A stretch of DNA of 64,000 nt from Bacteroidia bacterium. Its GTDB lineage: Bacteria > Bacteroidota > Bacteroidia > NS11-12g > UBA9320. The notes below the pieces were generated by a model. That model searched no databases. It was not told where the DNA came from and saw nothing but the letters and a program-made list of their open reading frames with translations. Position 1 is the first letter of the stretch. Each line of letters starts with the position of its first letter. This document shows positions 59,321-64,000 of the stretch, piece by piece. The DNA is taken from assembly GCA_965216465.1 (NCBI GenBank), contig CBDCFW010000006.1:832001-896000 (forward strand), given 5' to 3'. Made by a program: the position numbers and the translations under genes.

Positions 59321-60787
59321 ATGAAAAAAACAACTTTAATCGTCTTTGCAATTCTGGCTACACTTGGAGCCAATGCATTTTGTGGCTTCTATGTCGCTAA
59401 GGCAGGATCAAACCTGTACAACAACAAATCTGAAGTTATTCTGGTCCGCGATGGAGACCGCACAACAATTACAATGAGTAACGATTTTCAAGGCAATGTG
59501 AAAGATTTTGCCATGGTCGTTCCTGTACCTAATGTTATATCAAGAAGAGATATTAAGGTGGCAGATAGAGGAATCTTTGAATTTTTAGATGCCTATTCAG
59601 CTCCAAGATTGGTAGAATACTTTGATCATAACCCCTGTGCAGTTCCACCACCTCCAGTCTTAGAAATTGTCGAAGATGACTTGGAAGTGGATGAAGTCGA
59701 TGTATCATATTTTACGAAACGTGATGTTCGAACAGGAGTTAAAATTGAAGCCAAATACGATGTAGAAGAGTACGAGATCTTGATTTTAAGTGCGACAAAG
59801 TCTGAGGGTTTAGAAGAATGGCTAATTACCAACGGCTATAAAATACCTACAAAAGCAAAGAAGGTATTAGAGCCTTATATCAAGAATAAACTTAAATTTT
59901 TTGTGGTTAAGGTAAATTTGAATAAGTATAATCCTCAAGCACATGGAGGGTACCTAAGGCCTTTGCAAGTAAGTGTGACCTCAAATAAATTTATGCTTCC
60001 AATTCGATTAGGGATGGCCAATTCGAAAGGAGCTCAAGACATGATCGTTTATACCTTTTCAAAAAAGGGAAGAGTTGAGTGCACCAACTACAGAACAGTA
60101 GACGTGCCATCAAATCGAAACGTTCCAACTTTTGTTAAGGCTAAATTTGGGAACTTCTATAAAGACTTGTTCGAAACCTCATATCGTCGTCAAGGTAAAG
60201 ATGCAGTTTTCTTGGAGTATGCTTGGAATGTTACTCCACGTTTTACCGGAATGAAATGCGATCCATGTGTTGGAAATCCTCCTTACGTAAATGAGTTGTC
60301 TAAAGCGGGAGTTCATTGGTCTGGAAGTGGCCAGAATGTTTTTTTTACAAGAATGCATGTACGGTACGCTCTCGACAAATTTCCTGAAGACTTGTTCTTT
60401 CAAGAAACACCAAACAACCAAAACTTTCAAGCGAGATATATTATTACACATCCGGCTGGGGGAGACTTAACCTGTGATGAAGGCCAGCAATATTTGGCCA
60501 AATTAAAAACCCGCAGGAAAAAGGAATTGTCTGAAATGTCGGCATTAACACAATGGGATGCATTGAAGTATCCGGATTATGTATCTACTGGATCTGCCCA
60601 AGAGCGGGTGGAAGTGAAGGAGGTGGATGAAATAGAGACCGACCCAATTAAAAATGATGTTTTTCCAATAGGCAATATGAACAACGACAAACCAAAGGGC
60701 CCGATGCTTTTTTTAGTCCTTTTTGTCACCATGTTTATAGCCTATATGGTCAACAATTTAGCGTTGCAGCGTCGCTTGCAACGATAA
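59321..60787 (+). CDS. DUF2330 family exported protein with C-terminal TM anchor
   Basis: Signal peptide then FCGFYVAKA, FAMVVPVP, YSAPRLVEY, MLPIRLG, TRMHVRY; ATG at 59321. Confidence 0.85.
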   Translation: MKKTTLIVFAILATLGANAFCGFYVAKAGSNLYNNKSEVILVRDGDRTTITMSNDFQGNVKDFAMVVPVPNVISRRDIKVADRGIFEFLDAYSAPRLVEYFDHNPCAVPPPPVLEIVEDDLEVDEVDVSYFTKRDVRTGVKIEAKYDVEEYEILILSATKSEGLEEWLITNGYKIPTKAKKVLEPYIKNKLKFFVVKVNLNKYNPQAHGGYLRPLQVSVTSNKFMLPIRLGMANSKGAQDMIVYTFSKKGRVECTNYRTVDVPSNRNVPTFVKAKFGNFYKDLFETSYRRQGKDAVFLEYAWNVTPRFTGMKCDPCVGNPPYVNELSKAGVHWSGSGQNVFFTRMHVRYALDKFPEDLFFQETPNNQNFQARYIITHPAGGDLTCDEGQQYLAKLKTRRKKELSEMSALTQWDALKYPDYVSTGSAQERVEVKEVDEIETDPIKNDVFPIGNMNNDKPKGPMLFLVLFVTMFIAYMVNNLALQRRLQR

Positions 60788-60802
60788 GACTATGTAAATT
60801 CG

Positions 60803-60832
60803 AAAAAAGGCCCCTAACCTAGGGGTCTTTTT
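60803..60832 (+). terminator. Intrinsic terminator
   Basis: AAAGGCCCCTA-ACC-TAGGGGTCTTT followed by T-rich sequence. Confidence 0.82.
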
Positions 60833-60850
60833 CTTTTATTTGCATTTGAA

Positions 60851-61342
60851 TTGAAGAACCAACTACCAACTTATCTTAAAGTTTTTTGTGTACTTAGCAT
60901 TATTGGATTTAGCTACTTAACTGCTATGAATTATGTGATGTATTCAACGCCTGAACAGATATCCACAATGCGACAAGATATACTTGTTCAACTTGAACAT
61001 AGTATAGAAGACATGGAGAACGACTCTAATACCGAAGAATTGGATGGCTTTTTTGATAAGGTTACTGAAGATGTAGAAACCCATTTAACCGAATCAAGAT
61101 ACAAACAACATAGCCTATACAGGATGTTGGGAAACTTCTTGACACTCATAGGAGCAATGTTCATGTTCAGAGCGAGAAAGCTTGGATTTCATCTTTACAT
61201 AGGAGGCTCCATTCTATCAATCGTATTTGGTTTTGTAGCATTTGGATTCGGTATGATAGGTTGGGCGTTTAACATCCTCTACATTTTCGCGGCTCTCCTA
61301 TTCGGCTTTATATATTTCAAATCCTTAAAGTACTTAAATTAA
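60851..61342 (+). CDS. Hypothetical membrane protein
   Basis: LPTYLKVFCVLS N-terminal TM, acidic loop, three C-terminal TMs. Confidence 0.7.
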   Translation: MKNQLPTYLKVFCVLSIIGFSYLTAMNYVMYSTPEQISTMRQDILVQLEHSIEDMENDSNTEELDGFFDKVTEDVETHLTESRYKQHSLYRMLGNFLTLIGAMFMFRARKLGFHLYIGGSILSIVFGFVAFGFGMIGWAFNILYIFAALLFGFIYFKSLKYLN

Positions 61343-62368
61343 GTGTTTAGCAAGGCTCAAGTAATAGATGGAATTCAGTACGCAAAATCGTTGAATATCA
61401 ACAGGTTGTTCAATGCGGCTAAGATTTATTTAAGCTACTTTGCGAGTAAGGCAACGAAGAAAAACTATCACTCCGGCAATCCAATTGCGATCTCAATAGA
61501 ACCAACAACTTCATGTAATCTTCGATGTCCTGAATGTCCATCAGGATTGCGATCTTTTTCAAGACCTATTGGAATGTTAGATCCCGAATTGAACAAGACT
61601 ATAATTGACCAATTAAAAGGGGAGTTAACCTATATCACGTACTACTTTCAAGGAGAGCCATACCTCAACACTAATTTTACGGATATGGTTCGGTATGCAA
61701 GCGACCACAAAATTTATACAGCCACCTCTACAAATGCACACTACCTAACCGACGACAATTGTAAGAAAACGATTGAAAGTGGATTGAGCCGTATGATTAT
61801 TTCAATCGACGGAGTAACACAAGATAGCTATGGGAAATATAGAATTGGAGGAGACCTCAAAAAGGTGATAGAAGGAACCAAAAATATGGTTCGGTGGAAG
61901 AAGGAAATGAAGAGTAAGACTCCGTTTATTTTGTGGCAGTTTATTGTATTTGGTCATAACGAGCACGAAATAGATGAGATTCGATCGCTAGCTAAGGAAG
62001 TTGGTGTCGACCACTTAGCATTAAAAACAGCCCAGATTTATGACTTTGAAACAGGAAGTGATTTACTTCCAAAAAACCCCAAATATTCGAGGTATAAAAA
62101 GAAGAATGGCAGGTACCAAATTCAGCACAAATTACTGAACCATTGCTGGAGAATGTGGCATGCCTGTGTCGCTACCTGGGACGGCAAACTTGTTCCCTGC
62201 TGTTTTGATAAAGACGCCGAGTATCAGCTCGGAAGTCTAAACAATTTGACGTTCAAGCAAATATGGAAATCGGAAGAATACAATCGATTTAGAAGACTCA
62301 TCTTGAAATCGAGAAGCAATATTGACATCTGCAAGAACTGTACTGAGGGCACTAGTGTCTGGAAGTAA
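61343..62368 (+). CDS. Radical SAM/SPASM-domain protein
   Basis: CNLRCPEC, QGEP, STNA, ISIDG; SPASM/twitch C...DGKLVPCCFD...CKNC. Confidence 0.92.
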   Translation: MFSKAQVIDGIQYAKSLNINRLFNAAKIYLSYFASKATKKNYHSGNPIAISIEPTTSCNLRCPECPSGLRSFSRPIGMLDPELNKTIIDQLKGELTYITYYFQGEPYLNTNFTDMVRYASDHKIYTATSTNAHYLTDDNCKKTIESGLSRMIISIDGVTQDSYGKYRIGGDLKKVIEGTKNMVRWKKEMKSKTPFILWQFIVFGHNEHEIDEIRSLAKEVGVDHLALKTAQIYDFETGSDLLPKNPKYSRYKKKNGRYQIQHKLLNHCWRMWHACVATWDGKLVPCCFDKDAEYQLGSLNNLTFKQIWKSEEYNRFRRLILKSRSNIDICKNCTEGTSVWK

Positions 62369-62444
62369 AAAAGTGAAAATTATTTTTGTGATTACCCAAA
62401 TTGCATTAATATTGCTTGAATCAAAAATAAAGGCTTTTGATATT

Positions 62445-63947
62445 ATGAATAGACACTTACTAACTTTATTAGTTGCACTAATACTTTTTACCCCCACCTT
62501 AGAAGCACAGAATAACGGAAACAAATTTGGCTTTGAAATCAATGGTGGCTTGCGCGAATATCACGGTGATTTGGGTAGTGCACTATATCTACAAAGAAGA
62601 CCTGATTATCAATTTGTAGGAGGAGCATTTGGAATGTCTCTTAATCCTTCATTTGATGTAAACATCTACGGTTCTTCTGGTGATTTAGGGTTTTATAAGA
62701 ATACATACGACGTTCGTACTACAAGATCATACCGACAAGGTTTTAGATCTAGAATTACCAACGTAATGCTAGGGGTTACATACAAGTTTAATAATGGTTA
62801 CATTATGGACGAAGACGCGACCTTTAAGCCGTATTTAAGAGGAGGTTGGGGTGTAAGCCAATCGATTACCCGTTTGTCACACAATAAAACAGGATACTCA
62901 GAAAGTAGAAACTGGTTAGCATCACACTGGAATGCAGGTGTTGGTGTTAAAATCAGATTAACTCCTTCTATCGATCTTGCTTTAAGCGAAATGTTTAACT
63001 ACAGTTTCGATGATAACTACGACGGTGAGCCATTCACGCTGACAGGTGCGAAACTGAACGATGCAATGGAGGGCAATAAGCCACTTCACGATGCATTCTT
63101 AGCTCACTCTATTGGATTTGTATTTAACTTCGGTGGCGGAGGAAGCGGATACACGATCAAAGACTCTGACGAAGATGGTGTTGCTGATGCGTTTGATATC
63201 TGTCCTAATACTCCAGACGGATATGAAGTTGATAGCGTTGGTTGTGCATTAGACGATGATAAAGATGGTGTACCTAACGAAATTGATAAGTGCCCAACTG
63301 TTCCTGGTGAGAAAGACAGAGACGGTTGCCCAATTTTAGATAAGGATAGAGATGGTATCGAAGATGCTGATGATAAGTGCCCAGAAACTCCAGGTTTAAA
63401 AGAGTTCGATGGCTGCCCAGATTCAGATAAAGACGGTATTATCGATTCTGAAGATAAATGTCCACTACTTGCCGGTACAGCAGAAGGCGAAGGTTGTCCT
63501 GATTCTGACGGCGATGGTGTTTATGACCATAAAGATGTTTGTCCTACAACTCCAGGGGTTGTTGAGAACAAAGGTTGTCCAGAAATTAAAGAGGAAGTTA
63601 AGGAAGCTATTAGACTGGCTGCAAAAGGAATTTACTTCGAAAGTGGTAAAGACGTAATAAAAGCAGAGTCATTCGCTAACCTTGACAAACTAGTAGAGAT
63701 ACTAAACGAATATCCAGAAGCAAAGGTTGCTATTGATGGTCACACTGATAGCCAAGGTGAAGATGCCGACAATTTGCAGCTTTCGCAGGATAGAGCAAGT
63801 GCGGTTAAAAGATATTTAGCGTCTAAAGGCGTTGAAGAAACTAGAATGACTGCCACAGGATATGGAGAGACTCAGCCAGTTGCTGATAATGGTTCAGCCG
63901 CTGGGCGAGCACTAAATAGAAGAGTAGACTTTAAACTCTCTTATTAA
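62445..63947 (+). CDS. OmpA-family outer membrane protein with thrombospondin type 3 repeats
   Basis: Signal peptide from ATG 62445; barrel domain; repeated D.D.DG..D..D.CP; GHTD, LSQDRA, GYGE, NRRV. Confidence 0.93.
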   Translation: MNRHLLTLLVALILFTPTLEAQNNGNKFGFEINGGLREYHGDLGSALYLQRRPDYQFVGGAFGMSLNPSFDVNIYGSSGDLGFYKNTYDVRTTRSYRQGFRSRITNVMLGVTYKFNNGYIMDEDATFKPYLRGGWGVSQSITRLSHNKTGYSESRNWLASHWNAGVGVKIRLTPSIDLALSEMFNYSFDDNYDGEPFTLTGAKLNDAMEGNKPLHDAFLAHSIGFVFNFGGGGSGYTIKDSDEDGVADAFDICPNTPDGYEVDSVGCALDDDKDGVPNEIDKCPTVPGEKDRDGCPILDKDRDGIEDADDKCPETPGLKEFDGCPDSDKDGIIDSEDKCPLLAGTAEGEGCPDSDGDGVYDHKDVCPTTPGVVENKGCPEIKEEVKEAIRLAAKGIYFESGKDVIKAESFANLDKLVEILNEYPEAKVAIDGHTDSQGEDADNLQLSQDRASAVKRYLASKGVEETRMTATGYGETQPVADNGSAAGRALNRRVDFKLSY

Positions 63948-63970
63948 ATCTCAAACTAAAAGCTAAGATT

Positions 63971-63999
63971 AAAGGGGCACGCATTGCGTGCCCCTTTTT
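63971..63999 (+). terminator. Intrinsic terminator
   Basis: AAAGGGGCACGC-ATT-GCGTGCCCCTTTTT. Confidence 0.9.
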
Positions 64000-64000
64000 A

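Noticed and set aside
60851-62368. Radical SAM/SPASM enzyme as a possible RiPP maturase
   Set aside because: No short precursor ORF, RRE domain, peptidase or exporter is adjacent. The neighbours are a membrane protein and OmpA.
63160-63580. Periodic GAxGGT/TGTCC repeats
   Set aside because: They are coding thrombospondin type 3 repeats of an ordinary Bacteroidota OmpA.

Overview
This 64-kb window is AT-rich bacterial chromosome, almost certainly Bacteroidota. The evidence is four proteins with T9SS C-terminal sorting domains, a short region-1.1-less sigma70, TAnnTTTG promoter elements and an OmpA with TSP3 repeats. Most of it is housekeeping: thiL, accBC-fabH-plsX-rpmF, pdxA, icd, a SAM-I riboswitch-controlled methionine pair, rplY-prs-tRNA-Gln, recQ, kdsD and manC. 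I saw no transposase, integrase, prophage or CRISPR array. Three accessory loci stand out. (1) 31.3-36.9 kb: a ThiF-nitroreductase fusion plus an N-acyltransferase-like gene (Rv1355c/Rv1356c, OxzAB-like) co-encoded with a 7TM-DISM histidine kinase and a stand-alone receiver, a candidate make-and-sense lipid signal circuit. (2) 8.1-21.0 kb: an ECF sigma and a dual-membrane-spanning anti-sigma-like protein, with a TGCAACC-N15/16-(G/T)TCTAATA motif repeated upstream of the sigma and of two tandem ~1370-aa T9SS proteins. These two proteins are near-identical except for swapped N-terminal domains. (3) 44.2-46.3 kb: a CnrHYX-like ECF module with its own twice-repeated GGAAT-N17-TGTCAA promoter. An arginase-family gene carries three +1 insertions that together restore the frame. 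All family assignments come from motif recognition by eye, not database searches.
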